DNA from: Heptranchias perlo
Taxonomy: Eukaryota
NCBI RefSeq assembly: GCF_035084215.1
Contig: NC_090357.1
Span: forward strand, 8,556,001 to 8,620,000
DNA: 64,000 nucleotides
Reading direction: 5' to 3'
Below, piece after piece: positions 40,487 through 53,502 of this stretch. Within the stretch, counting starts at the first letter, position 1. Each line of letters opens with the position of its first letter. Made by a program: the position numbers and the translations under genes. Below the pieces are notes generated by a model that saw only the letters and a list, made by a program, of their open reading frames with translations, had not been told where the DNA came from and made no database searches.

Positions 40487-41269
40487 CAGGAGAGCGGCAC
40501 GTAAGTAGTGATTCACGACCTACATTTATTGCTTTCTCTTTTTTCCCTAATAGTGTGCCACCATTGAGTCTGTTGGAGAGTAAAGGGAAGGAGATGTGTA
40601 TTTCCCACTGCCTTAGATGGGAGCTCATGGGACACCCAAAATATTTGGGTACTGAATACCTTGGAGCTGAGACTTTACTGCTTTTACATTGATACTGTGC
40701 CATCAGTGCCATGTACTACAGACAGCTGCTTGATGGCATATTGTAAATACAAAAGTGGCTTTACACTTTAGTGTGTGTTATCAATTTACGTCGCTTTGTC
40801 CCATATAAAACATTGATTGTACTGCTGACTGTTTTCTTTAAGTTTTTCTACATAGTTTTATTCCCTGTGTAACACTCATTAACTAAAGTCATCCATGCCA
40901 TCTCCATCTGTCCCTTGTGACGTACACAGCTAACGCTGCTGCTACCTGCTGGGATAAGACCACAGTCTCATCTTTGCTTCATACAAAACCTCTTAATGCA
41001 CCCAAAAATAATTTACAAGCGCTATGCTTTATTTTCTCTCAAAGCAAAACACAAATAAAGATCCTGAAAGAAGGTTTATCTGTAAATTTTGAGATATCTG
41101 TGTTTGTGTGACCTGACATGGAATGAGCTCTGCTTCCAACATTTGGCGTTTCCATTGGTGATGTATATTGTTTTTCAAAGTTATTGCAAGTTGTCAGTCC
41201 TTTGTGAAGATGTCATCCAAAACCAATCTTTTAGTGGTTAACCCCGTAATGGTTACATACACTGTTTGA

Positions 41270-41460
41270 AGTGTACTGAGCCACATAAACCAGAAGGTCC
41301 CAAGTTCAATATCTTGGCTTGTGCCGAGCTTTCTGACCTCAGCCAGGATAGAAATTGGGGTGCTACAATGTTGCCTCAGTGATCCCAGACTAAAAAAAGG
41401 GAAAAACCAGCTCTAATTCTCTTCTAATTGCTATCCCATGACTGCAGCTGGAAAGTGCTC
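41270..41460 (+). mobile_element. tRNA-derived SINE family A fragment
   Basis: ctgagccacataaaccagaaggtcccaagttcaat..ctgacctcagcc..ggggtgctacaat..ctggaaagtgc. Confidence 0.7.
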
Positions 41461-43861
41461 AATTCTAGACCAAAATAAAAGTCAATAAAATGTTCATTTT
41501 CTTGCACTCAGATCTCAGTATCTTCTTTTATGGAAAACTTTTTCTTTGGAATGAAGCCATATGTGTACAAATTTTCAAAGGAAAAATGTTAAATTATAGC
41601 AAAATTAAAAGTATTAAAGATCTGAAGATTTTGCTGGAGAGTGTTCAAACGCAATGGCCTTCATCTCATGATTTTTTTTAAAACTCTCTATCAGAGAAAA
41701 GCTATTGTTATGATATCAGATCCCATGAGCAACAACAAACAGCACAGGGACAGAAAAATTCCTTTTATGGTTTTTGAGTGTGGTACTACCACGTCAATGT
41801 TTCTGAAACTGGAAGGTCAATTTAGACCTCAATTTTCAGGAGTCTAATATTGGATTATAGGAGTCAACCTTGGGAAAGTGATGCAATTAAAGATATTCTG
41901 AAGATATTTTTTTTTAAATCTCCACCCATTTTGTAAATGATTTTCTCCTCCACTTTTAGGTCTGTCACCACACAACCCATTTGAAAATGGGAGCGAACTG
42001 ATTTTTTAAATGTATATTTAGTAAACCTAGGTGAAGGGCTGAGGCCAATAGTGCAGGACATCACTAAGGGTTGAACAGATTCAGAGAGTTGATGAGGTAA
42101 ATCGAGAAGTAGTGTCTGGGATGATACTTAGCTTGGTTTTGAAAGCCTGTCAATTATAAGAGGAAGGGAATATTGAGGGAAGTAAGAAGTTACGCAGTTT
42201 TCAAATCTTGGAAAAGGATGAGTTAGATTAACACAGTGAGGATGCGGGGAGAAGGAAGAATGTATAAGGGGGGTGCATTTGAAGCTAAGAGGGGAGGAAA
42301 ATTCAGGAGCAACGTTGACAAAGAGAGACAAGAAAAGTTGTGATTAAAAGAGACAGGTTGGGGGCTGGAGGTTAGAGAAGGAACTCTTACTCCCTATGCT
42401 TTTTCCTGTATCCTGTCCAAGAGTGCAAGATAAGTTAGAAGAGACTCCCCAGAAATTTCACATTACATTATAAATATGTCCAATCACTTTGTGGCACAAA
42501 ACACAAATGCACAGCTCCACATAGGCTTATATACATTTCTGATTAAATACGCAACTTGTGCACTGGTTAGTTTAATTAATTCAGTGAAATTTCCTTCAGT
42601 AAATATGATCACATTATCAGATAATGAAAGTTCAGTTAAATGTGCTTGTATGCAGTTACATACATTCCTGATAGAGTGAACACTCAGCGAGATCGCATCA
42701 TTGAAACAGGATGAAATTCTGATTGGAAGCAAAGTCTGACCTCATCAATTTTGCCTGCTATTGGCCAGATGGGCTAGGAATTTATAATGTGAACAATGAA
42801 ACTTAACCAGGCTTTGATTGCATAAATAAATCTTAGCAAATCCTGACTTGTTATCGACTGTTTAGTCACAAAGGTTTTTGAGTTCCACAAACAATGCAGC
42901 TTCCTCCCAGTGGTGACATTTTTGCAAAAAGGAATTCACCCTTTCTGGGTTAAAAAAAAATTCTGCAAAAAAATTAATTCTTGCAATGCTGTAAAAAAAA
43001 ATCCTTTTGCGTGGCTGTAAGTAGCACTGTAACCAAGGCAACAGCCTCCATAATTGCCTTATATACCCAGGCGAAGGATTAGTACTTTGCAAGTTTCCAG
43101 GTGGTACTTCCCTCTATAAAACCTAAGCTTTTGTTTCGAGACTGAGTTTAGTCAGAACTGGAGTTAGCCTTTCCTGTTCATTTACACAGGTCATATAATC
43201 TTTACATTTACAGTTACATTTTTCACTGTGGTGCAATACCAATTCCAAACCTTAATATCTATTTAATTCTTTACTAAAACCACACTTTTTACAGGGATAA
43301 AACTGACATTTTGTTACTAATACCCAGTTGGGCTACCTGCAGTCCATTTTGATAGAATGCCACAGTTGTTAGTATCTCAAACCTTCTGAGGAAGTTCAGT
43401 CTGATCCTGATGAATCATAGTCAGTTTGCACTAAAAAATATGAATTATTTAATAATTTGAATTAAGCAATGTAAATAATGGGAATTTAATGCTGAAAAAA
43501 CAGAATAATCAAATAATTTGAATTATACAACTTTAAATTAAGAATAGATGGTACAAGTTATAGCTGCTGTATCTCTAAAGCCAGTTACAAAATACATTTA
43601 GAAAATTAAACTTTGTCAATATTGAAATACAAATCTATGGTGAAGGTCTCTGCTTCATAAAAACAAGTGGCCAAATATCCTTCTAACCTACATACCCGTG
43701 ACTGCATTTCAAAATGTAATTCATTGTGTGAAGCATTTTGAGATGTTTTGGTAAGGTAAGGCACTATATAAATGCAAGTATTATTTAATAATTTTGAGCA
43801 AATGCACGACCACAAATTTTGACCCCTATTTTATATGTGCAAGGAATAATTTTGTGAGACG

Positions 43862-44056
43862 CTGCAGAATTTCACTCATCGGGAGGTGGGACCAGGGAAT
43901 CAGGTGTGGAGATCAGGGTGCCTAATTCACAGAGCTCCTGATTTTCTGGTCATTAAAATGGATCACTAGAAAATGAAGAATGCTACAAATCAGGTGTGCT
44001 GCTCTCTGCAGCCACTTCTCCAATTCGCGCTCCCAACGAGTGAGGCTCTCCACCTG
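43862..44056. mobile_element. Decayed palindromic MITE
   Basis: Outer arms tcactcatcgggag / ctcccaacgagtga and inner arms attttctgg / ctagaaaat. Confidence 0.45.
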
Positions 44057-44529
44057 GAGCTTTGTCACAAAATTGTCACTAAAATTTCAAAGCCGATTTA
44101 GTCAGACTGAGTTCTCTCTTGTATGAAGAAAGAAAAAAGAAAGTCCTGATGGACCAAAGCACCAACAGAATCTAAGAAATCAACCATCCCACCCTCTGCA
44201 AAAATGTAACATGGTCTGTGGATGCAACAGGCTCAAATAGCCAAATGGCCTTTTCTGATTCCATTATTTCTTATGTTCTTTTGCCCTGTCATGCAACACA
44301 TGATATTGTCACTGCACTGTTGCTGCAAATGGATTGGAATGCTTTAGTTTTCCTGAAGAATTAGAACCATAAGCAAAATACAAACATGTCTTTTCACAAC
44401 AAAAATAAATCAAATATCTATCTCTATCAGATTGGTAAATTAAGCCATGAAACACAGATACAAATACAGAGTTTTACAAAAATCTATAATAAATTAAACA
44501 TCTTATGTCTGTGTGCACTTTCTGTCAAT

Positions 44530-44688
44530 TTGCCATTATAAATTCCTATGTGCATACTTATAATGGAAACTGCCTATATGTAAACAGTCATGCAGCACCA
44601 CCACTAATAGTAGGGTATAATTACAGGGTGACATGTTTACATAGGCAGTTTCCATCATAAATGTGGACACTGGCATTTACAATGGAAA
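44530..44688. repeat. Long imperfect inverted repeat (about 60-bp arms)
   Basis: ccattataaattcctatgtgcatacttataatggaaactgcctatatgtaaaca pairs with tgtttacataggcagtttccatcataaatgtggacactggcatttacaatgg. Confidence 0.85.
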
Positions 44689-45929
44689 TATAAAAATAAC
44701 GGCAGAATGTATGACTTTAAAATTGGGTTTGAAGTACCTCTGCAGGCCCTGGTCCAATTATCCCCTGCCCTCTAATACCACTTCAGGTGAAGACTACACT
44801 TGGTCTTGACTCTACATGTGCAGCACCATGGGTGATCAAACAGTTGTGAGAAAAAGTGTGAAAGAGAAGTGAAAAGTTGATGGATCCTGTGGCTAAATTC
44901 TGGTGGAGCATTCACCTCTCTGACTAGGAGACCCATAGTTTGAGTCTTAATCTTGAATTGGAGCTGCTGGGTACAAATCTACTGCCCCATTTGTGTCAAT
45001 GCACTGGAGTTTTCAATATGCACGGACTACAGAAGCGGACTCCAATCACAGCTATATAAGATCCCCTCAAGGTGGCCATCTTGCTTCTTGGACTTGACAC
45101 CATCTTGCAGTTTGGTGTCAAGCCAAGTTCCTAATGTCCTCAGGTGGATCCGCTGAAGGTGGTCAGAGCTCTCCCTTGGCAGCCAGAGTGAGATTCACAA
45201 CCGGGCAGCACCACGGGTGTCTTTCTAGCTGCAAATTGCACTCTGTAACCATCAGTCTCAGACTGGTGATGTAACATAACCACAGTGCTAGTCTCAGGTC
45301 ACGTGTGGGAAAGTACTGAAATTGGTCAAGAGGTCAGGCTGGGGGATTGTCCTGCACAAATTCCAAATTAATCTTCTGTCAGAATAACTATGGAGTGGCA
45401 TTGATGACATCTGTGGAGCTGGCAGTGGTCTGGATTATCACAGCATTATCCCAGTTTTGTAAGAGGAGGTGGGTGTACATGAAGACTCGTGGTGGTGGGG
45501 GGAAAACCAGGAGGGGAACAGTGACACAACATGTTGGAGCACCGCGCTATGATAGGGTGAGACACCAATTTCCCCCCTGTGATTCCTGACACGGTGACTT
45601 ATCAAACTCGGCCATGTTGCCATGGGGAGGCGTCGAGCAGGTGACAGCTACTTCATCATGGGGGAGGAACGGAAAACCTGAAGGGGCATCGCCCAGTTTG
45701 CTCTCAGACAACTCTTTTTACAAAGCAACAGCTGCAAAAGCTTGGAACAGATGATCGCCCTGAGCTGTCCTCCTGTCCAGAGATGGTGTGTAACCGGAGG
45801 TCAGTCAGCATCTCTCAAGAGACGACAGGCTATCATTTTGGGTCACAACTGAAAACTGAAAGATAAGTGAGCACTGTAATAGAGTTAAAAAACAAAGGAG
45901 GAAGGATAAGAGATACTCTACTTACATAT

Positions 45930-46152
45930 GGAATTACATCGAATTTTACAGCTTAGAAACAGGCCATTCGGCCCAACAAGCCCATGCCAGTGTTTATGCT
46001 CCACATGAGCCTCCTCCCATCCCTCTTCATCTAACCCTATCAACATGTCCTTCTATTCCTTTCTCCCTTGTGTACTTATCTGGCTTCCCCTTAAATGCAT
46101 CCATGCTGTTGGCCTCAACCACTCCATGTGGTTACAAATTCCACATTCTCAA
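45930..46152 (-). mobile_element. CR1 3' tail (same family as the end of the 37160-37937 copy)
   Basis: gaaacaggccattcggcccaac..ctccacatgagcc..ctaaccctatca.cac..cttccccttaaatgcatc. Confidence 0.85.
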
Positions 46153-46214
46153 ATTCGCACACTTCCTCCTCCACATTTCCCAACATTACTAAAATGCTTG
46201 CTTTTCTTGCAATT

Positions 46215-46340
46215 TTCAGTTTCAACAAAGGGTCTACACCCAGAACATTAACCTGCCTTTACTCTTTACAGGAGCTGTTGACCTGCTGCGTTATTTCCAG
46301 CATTTTCTGTTTTTGCCTCAGTTTTCCAGCATTTGTAAAT
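46215..46340 (+). mobile_element. Decayed Penelope-like terminal unit
   Basis: gacctgctgcgttatttccagcattttctgttttt is the reverse complement of the 3579 unit. Confidence 0.55.
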
Positions 46341-46691
46341 TTCTCAGAGAAAAAAAAACTGGTGAGGAGATAAATATATTTAGAACGAGCTGCATTAAAA
46401 GGGTTGGGCGGGGGTGCAGAAAGGCAATTCTTTGATTAATAATGTAAAAAGTTAATTGAATTTAACAGTTACTTATTCGTGTGCCACATAATTATATTTC
46501 CAATCTTGCTGACTATTATTTCTGAATGTAATATTGCACAAAATAGAATGCATTTGCTTGAACATCTGAGAATTAGATTTTCCATTCCGATTTTCACTTG
46601 CTCAGAACAGAAAGCCCCCCCACATTCCCTTTTTCCCTTTCTAAGTAATTTCTCTCCGGCTGCCCATTTGTCAGTAAAATATTTGTCACTT

Positions 46692-46765
46692 GCGCTGACG
46701 TGACGCAGGTTGCCCCGGGTAACTGTGAAATTAACCCGAATAATCTAGCCGTTACTCATGGCAAC
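46692..46765. promoter_or_regulatory. Candidate promoter/enhancer: tandem CRE half-sites plus two RFX X-boxes
   Basis: TGACGTGACGCA (46696-46707), GTTGCC-CCG-GGTAAC (46709-46723) and GTTACT-CAT-GGCAAC (46751-46765), in unique DNA with retained CpGs. Confidence 0.6.
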
Positions 46766-47779
46766 AAAACTGCTTCAATTTAAGTGGGAAAAGAATCCAA
46801 AAGAACACCAAAAAAAATCCAGCCGCCAACGAGTCGAAGTGACTGCTTTAATCATCTAAAAAATTCAGCAACAAAACAGTTTCATATTTAATATTTGTTA
46901 CATCGTAAAGCGAAGCAGAATGTTCCAAAATAAATATTTTCTCTTTTGCTCTGTTGTCTTGATGCTAATTCAACCCACATGTATCGATATGAATATTATA
47001 CCAGGTGCATATTTATTGCAATGCGCTCTATCAAATGCAGCTAACAGCAAAACTACATTTTTATGTTTGATAATTTAGATTCCAATATTTCATATAAGTA
47101 AAAACAATGCGTCTAAATTTTAAATGAAGTATTCATTGCATTTTTCCGGGTGACCAAGTCAGGGAGTGAACTATAAATTATTAATATTCTTTTCTATTTG
47201 TTTGGGAGGGGGGAAATAGACGGATGAAGCCATCTAGTGGCTGGGATTGATCAGAACAACTAACAAAATCATGTTCAAAGTTTACTTGGAGACATGTATT
47301 TTGTGAAACTATTGTTTGATTCTACGGTTTCTGCAGGAACGCCTATTGGGTTTGCTGCAGTGGCTATGGAACAGTGGATTTGCACTGTTTCACCGTTATA
47401 TTCAACTTTTTCACTAGCGTTTTAAAGAAAAAATAACTTTAGTAAGAGGTTGGGTGGGCGTGCATTTCTTCCTCCTTGGAGGGAGTATGCAAAAGTAACC
47501 TATCCAGGCATGCAATGGTACTAGCGACAATTGTGTACCTTACAGGCCACCCAAGAACATTCTGGATCACCTGTGCCAGTTGCTAACCCCCGATGTTGCA
47601 GGTAAACCTGCCCAGTGCACGCTCCAGGTAGGGCTATTGAGCACAGCAGTTGTGAGATTTGCCGGCAGCATTCAAGAGTCGAGGTGTTGGCACAGGTGTG
47701 CTTAGACCCACCTGGTTCGATTGGGAGATTTGCAAGTATGCACACGAGAGGAGAAATACCAGCGGAAATAAAAGAAGGA

Positions 47780-48231
47780 AAGACTTGGATTTATACAGCA
47801 TCTTTCACGACCTCGGAATGTCCCAAAGCACTTTATAGCCAATGAAGTACTTTTGAAGTGTAGTCACTGTTTTAATGTCGGAAATATGGCAGACAATTTG
47901 CGCACAGCAAGATCCCACAAACAGCAATGAGATAATGAACGGATAATCCATTTTTTAGTGATGTCGGTTGAGGGATAAATGTTGGCCAGGACATCGGGGA
48001 GAACTCCCCTGCTCTTCAAATAGTGCCATGTGATCTTTTGCATCCACCTGAGAGGGCAGACGGGGCCTCGGTTAAACGTCTCATCTGAAAGAGGGCACCC
48101 CCGACATTGCTACATTCCCTCAATACTGCCATGGAGTGTCAGCCTAGATTTTGTGCTCAAGTCTCTGGAGGGCGTCTTGAACTCACAACCTTCTGACTCA
48201 GCAGTGAGAGTGCTACCACTGAGCCACAGCT
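47780..48231 (-). mobile_element. SacSINE1/DeuSINE-like SINE, best-preserved copy
   Basis: Reverse complement has a tRNA head (tggctcagtggtagcactctc..ctgagtcagaaggttgtgagttcaag), a conserved body (gctgtgcgcaaattg) and an L2-type tail (tataaatccaagtc). Confidence 0.9.
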
Positions 48232-48641
48232 GCCACTTGTAAAACAAATATAAGGTGATAAGAGGGCTGGCAGTGAGTCATATCGATAGCAATAGGTGGG
48301 TGGGAGGTTTACAAAAAGCACTGATCAAGGGATTCCGGGAAAACCATAGAATGCGATAAGATTACGTTCTTTATACCCACTCAAACCCACTCATTATTCT
48401 TTTATAATCTATCACTGTTTTTGATATTTATGTGTTATTTCTGACACTAATATTCCACATTTAAATCTGTCACATCACCGGTGCGAGGTGACAGGAATTT
48501 ATTCTGGGGCGGATTACCGGTAATTAACGCTGATCTACATACTATGGGGCAGTGATTCATTCGTGCAAATCAGACAACATCATAAACAGTGGTTTATGGT
48601 GGATTGTGAATATCAGCAGCATCACAAGATTGTCCTTTAAA

Positions 48642-48957
48642 CATAGGCTTCAAACTGGATATCCCAAGGGGACCAGAGATGATTGGATTTCAAATTGATC
48701 CCAGGGCACTCATGAGGTGTCTGTCTGTCACCAAAAATCTGTATTTTTCTGCATTTGATGATCTCTTAGCACGATATTTCTGCTGTACCCTGTTCAATAC
48801 CCTTTGGATAGCTGGCACTGTTATTCAGAAGTTTAGGTCAGGAGTCACTGGACACTAGGTCAAGGGTCTCCAGTATCTGTCAGTACTTACAGTGGCCCCT
48901 TGGGAATGTGTTAATATTTGCAAAGGTCCCCTACGCAGAAGAGGTTGAAAAGCACTG
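48642..48957. mobile_element. Possible decayed hAT-type MITE
   Basis: Right end reverse complement CAGTGCTTTTCAACCT (Charlie-like). Left end cataggcttcaaact. 8-bp flanks cctttaaa and ccttaaac are similar. Confidence 0.45.
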
Positions 48958-49417
48958 CCTTAAACTCACCGCCCCAGAGATTTATTCATATATTCTCCAG
49001 TTGATTTTTAAATATGTCAACCGTTGGTGAAATATAACAAATGATGGTGCTACCTTCAGGGAAATATTATTCAGCTCTTTAGATGCATCTGGCTTGCTGT
49101 CGTAACCTGCCTTGAAAGTTGGAGCCTTCACCTGCATTAATCGTCTGCCAAAATGAAGTATGGTCACCTGCAGATGCAGGTGTGTGGATAGCTGCGGGTG
49201 GGCATAGAGCATCCCAACCCACATGCCATGCATTTGGTGGTCCTACTGTTCTTCGCCTGAATGGGGGAATTCCCATTGGAAAACCCACTATAATAGTGCC
49301 GTGAAAAAAATGAAATAAAACACTTGATCCTTTAATTGTATTTCCCTGTGTCGTTCAGCATCTTCAACCCTGGGCTCCTTGTTACAATGGGTGTTAATTT
49401 CAATTGCTGTAGACATT

Positions 49418-49514
49418 CGTAGTATCATAGTGGGTACAGCACAGGAGGAGGCCATTCGGCCCATCGTGCCTGTGCCGGCTCTTTGAAAGAGCTATCCGAT
49501 TAGTCCCATTCCCT
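49418..49514 (-). mobile_element. Short CR1 3' tail
   Basis: tagtatcatagtgggtacagcacaggaggaggccattcggcccatcg, as at 53505. Confidence 0.8.
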
Positions 49515-50244
49515 TTAGGGAAGGCAAATGATGCATGAGGCATTAGAACGAGCATTCCAATGTAATTTCTATGTAATTTAAATCCCTTTGCTTGCTTCAG
49601 ATGCTAGCCTCCAATACAAACGGGAGGGACACTTGACATTACGGGTCCCCTGCCCCCTTTTTCCTCGGTCAAATGCTTCAGGAACAGATGCACACAGGGT
49701 GTTAAACGAAGGAAAATGAGCCCCAAATGTCGCATATGGCACCAATTGGAAATTAGAGCTCTCCATATGCAGTTTCAACTGGTTTTTTTTAGGTTATATA
49801 AACTACAAAATACTCATCAATAGAAAATAAATATTTTTCATTTTATTTCTCCCACACCTGCAAATTAACAAACCAGTGTTGAAATGAATATCGTAGCATC
49901 ACGTGTAGATCGAAGCATCCTTTGTTTCCATCCTCCCTAGGTTTGCAGCTCTCTATCATGTCTTGACAGCAGTGAAAATTGTGACATGGACCTTGTGGGG
50001 GGGGGGTCTCTCAATGCCCAATGTACTCTTCCACAAACACTTGCAAACAAAACACACATTGGCCTCACAAAGTACGTGTATGTACGTAAAATTCTGGAAA
50101 AAAATGGCAGCATTTATCTGACAGATCCGGATATCATTTTTTTCACAACTATTGGAGAATTGAGGACATAAGTTTAGAATACTAATCTCAACTGTTAAAG
50201 CTGTTCTATGTAGATCCTTTCACCTTGCTGAAGGTTATCATCTA

Positions 50245-50626
50245 ATATAATTGAGGTGTTTAAGATGATCAAAGGATTTGATAGGGTAGATAGAGAGAAA
50301 TTATTTCCTCTGGTAGGGGAGCCCAGAACAAGGGGGCATAACCTTAAAATTAGAGCTGGGCCGTTCAGGGGTGATGTCAGGAAGCACTTCTTCACACAAA
50401 GGGTAGTGGAAATCTGGAACTCTCTCCCCCAAAAAGTTGTTGAGGCTGGGGGTCAATTGAAAATTTCAAAACTGAGATTGATAGATATTTGTTAGCGAAG
50501 GGTATTAATGGATATGGAACCAAGGCAGGTAGATGGAGTTAAGATACAGATCAGCCATGATCTAATGGACTGGAGGAACAGGCTCGAGGGACTGAGTGGC
50601 CTATTCCTGCTCCTATATTCCTATGA
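50245..50626 (+). mobile_element. CR1 3' fragment
   Basis: ORF 50256 FKMIKGFDRVDREKLFPLVGEPRTRGHNLKIR..FFTQRVVEIWNSLP. Tail ggcctattcctgctcctatattcctatg. Confidence 0.92.
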
Positions 50627-50649
50627 AGGTAAATGTCCATTATATAGTT

Positions 50650-50795
50650 GACGAGGAAACTTCGCAGTGAAAAATTGGCAATTGTAGATCGACCACCTGT
50701 TATACATGCCCTGATTTTCCTTTCCAATGACTTCAATATAACGGACGACCAATCCATTACCGCCAGTTTTGCACCACCACTGAAAATGATCATCG
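50650..50795. mobile_element. Palindromic Harbinger-type MITE, decayed
   Basis: Arm aaaattggcaattgtagatcgaccacctgttata (50671-50704) pairs imperfectly with tataacggacgaccaatccattaccgccagtttt (50737-50770). Related to 59797-59914. Confidence 0.6.
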
Positions 50796-51424
50796 GCCCG
50801 TTGGAATCATCATCGCTGGAAGGGGTTACCTGGATGCCAAATATAAGAACATGTATTCCTATTTCCGGGTTGTGGCTCCTCCTTTGATTGGGTTGCAGGG
50901 AGGCAAGCGACTGCTGCTGAAACACCATCAACTGGTAGAACCACCATTTAATGGGTTATAGGCTATAAGCTGTGTCTATGCTGTGGTCAAGAGGGCGGTG
51001 GCAACACATTCACTTGTTTAATGGTGAGTTGTGCTACTTATCTTGTTGTTCATGAGGAGTTCTTGTACCTGTTGTCCACTTAGCTCAAACCTGAACTTGT
51101 CAGTTATTTGATGGTCAATTAGTGACTATCTTGCAGCAGAGGTAAGCAGAGACTCTCTGGGGTCAAGCTTGGCTCCAAGATAACAAAATGGAACCAATTC
51201 AACCTTCATACAAGACTCGGTAATCTGATGCCTGAGCCAGCAAGTCCACAGCAGTTCATCAAACTATTCATGAATGACCAGCCAGCCTAGCTCATTGATG
51301 GCACCTGAAGGGGTAGATCTAAGTGTTCGAGTTCCTCCCATTTGGGTCCAGATCATCTTGCAAGTCAATGCACTATCAGTTAGAGTGAAGTGTTCCAAAT
51401 CTACATTTTCTATCCTGTTGTGTT

Positions 51425-51790
51425 CTCTTGTATACCTCTATAGATCACCTGTCAGCTGCCTCCTTTCAAGATTGAAAAAACTACATTTACTCAGTCTTTC
51501 ATAACTCAGTCTTCTGACACTAGTGATCAGTCTTGTGGTTCTTCTCTGCACCATTTCTAGGGCTTGAATATCTCCCTTGTGCCTTGGTGAGCAGAACTGG
51601 ACACAATACTCAAAATGTGGTCTAACCAGAGCGCTCTGTAGTTTGAGCATAACTTCCTCTGACTTGTACTCTACTGTTTTGGTCATGTAGTTTAGCATTC
51701 TATTTGCTTTGCAGCGATCAAACACATGATGCATCGAATCTACAAAACCCCCAAGATCTTTTTCATCTTTAACTATTTCAACATCATTCA
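51425..51790 (-). mobile_element. CR1 RT fragment
   Basis: Minus ORF 51438-51842 KANRML..EYKSEEVMLKLQSALVRPHFEYCVQFCSP..LEMVQRRTTRLI. Confidence 0.88.
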
Positions 51791-53502
51791 CATAGGAGGC
51801 TAAGGCCTCCTCAATAGCTGTAGTTGCTTCATCTGAAACCACACTGCTCTCCGTGCCATATAAAGTGAGAAAATCAATCTACTTAGAGCTTAAAGTGGCA
51901 GGATTCATACTGGAAGAGACATTATAGGAGCTCCGACAAGGCAGTTATATTTTTGATGTAAACTCTTCCTATTAATGAAACGGGGAGATGTCACCAACTG
52001 TCTTCAATACTTTATATGAGGAGGGCAGAAGATACAAGAGCACCCAAGTACCAAAATCCCACTGAAGATCATTTGGAGCTGAACCATTTTTTAATATTAA
52101 AGGGCATTTCCAAGTTAAAGGATGGGTTCTGCATTTGTAAAGTTTAGTTTACTTTTTAGTCATGATACCAAAATTCTTTTATTCATTTAAAAAACATTAG
52201 ATAGTATTATTATAGGTTATTTATATGAAAAAGACCACCATTTAAATGTGATCAATTTTACTCACCATGACCCTGTTCCCACAGGGAAATAGCTTTTAAA
52301 ATCATAGATTCCTACCCAAATGTCCGTTTGTGCACATTAGTGGATAGCAAGAGTGAGAGTGGGCGTTTCAGTTGGAGGTCAAGTAGTTAGATGGTTGCAC
52401 CATTAACACAAATGGTTAGTAACTTTCCCTACGCCACTAAACCAAAAGCCTTTAAGATGTCCAGGAAGAGGCACAAGGTTTGTAAGTGTTGGATTCAAGA
52501 GGCCTCTGATATCATTGGTGCTCTGACTGATACTTAATAAACACCATCTAACTGGGATTTAGGTCAATTCAATTTTATTTTAGATAAGATTTTAAGATTA
52601 CACTTCAATGATTGGGGCCAGAGCTTCAGTTCAGCAGTTCCTTTCCCTTTATCCAGTCTGAGATTGTTTTGAAATAGTACAGTTGATTTGGAATCCCTTT
52701 GTGTTTTTTTTAATTTATATTTTTTTGATGACTGTTATGCTCATCAAGGTGAGGGATGTCAGTCTTGGGAATAAAACATTTTTTTTCACTTTTGGGTGTT
52801 CAGTGTATGTTCGGGCTAGCTTCACTCCAATCAGACACAAAGTAAGGCTCTCTCTATTTGGCCTCTATTTGTTCTCCTTTCTGCACTTATGTGCATTTTT
52901 CTATTTCGCACACCTGCCGTCCTTATGGTCTCTCTCCGAGTTTGGTTACAGGTTTGCTCCTCATTAAATGCAGCTTTATGGCTGTGGGCAAACACCCATC
53001 ATGAAATTAGTTGCGACCTCCCAGATCAATCTTACCCGGGTTCATTACAGTCTGCCAAGAGATGAGTCTTTCAATCCATCACCTTGGGCTAGAGTTAAGA
53101 GATGAATGGGCAGTATTTTAACTGACTGTGTCCTCTGTCCCCAACAGGGAAATTTTTTTTTAAATCACAGATTCCTGCTCAAATGTTAAGCACTTTCATT
53201 TTTCTTGCTAAAAGTGTCTTTTCTTCTCTTCAGCTTGGGGTGTTAATTTACCTCTTTAAATTAGCTGTATTATTCAACAAGAATAATCTGGTCAAGTGAC
53301 GGGCGGGGCTCCGGGAGCTTTTATTAAACTGAGGCCCTGCCGTTAAGATTGGCCGGGTCTCCACGTCCCAAATTCTCCGGGTGCACCGTCTGTTACCGGG
53401 AACTTGTGCACCGTTTCCGCACCCCCCACCCCCCACCCCCCGGTCAATATTCAGGCCAAAGACTCTCATCAAGGTAGCCTTATAGATGCATTTTAAAGTA
53501 TT

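Noticed and set aside
48170-48231. tRNA gene
   Set aside because: The A/B boxes belong to SINE heads (also at 33230-33296 and 34889); no complete cloverleaf.
48982-49304. Three overlapping short ORFs in unique-looking DNA
   Set aside because: No recognisable homology and no consistent splice-site pair.
50551-50931. 126-aa and 79-aa ORFs
   Set aside because: They run across a palindromic MITE and a CR1 tail, with no recognisable domain.
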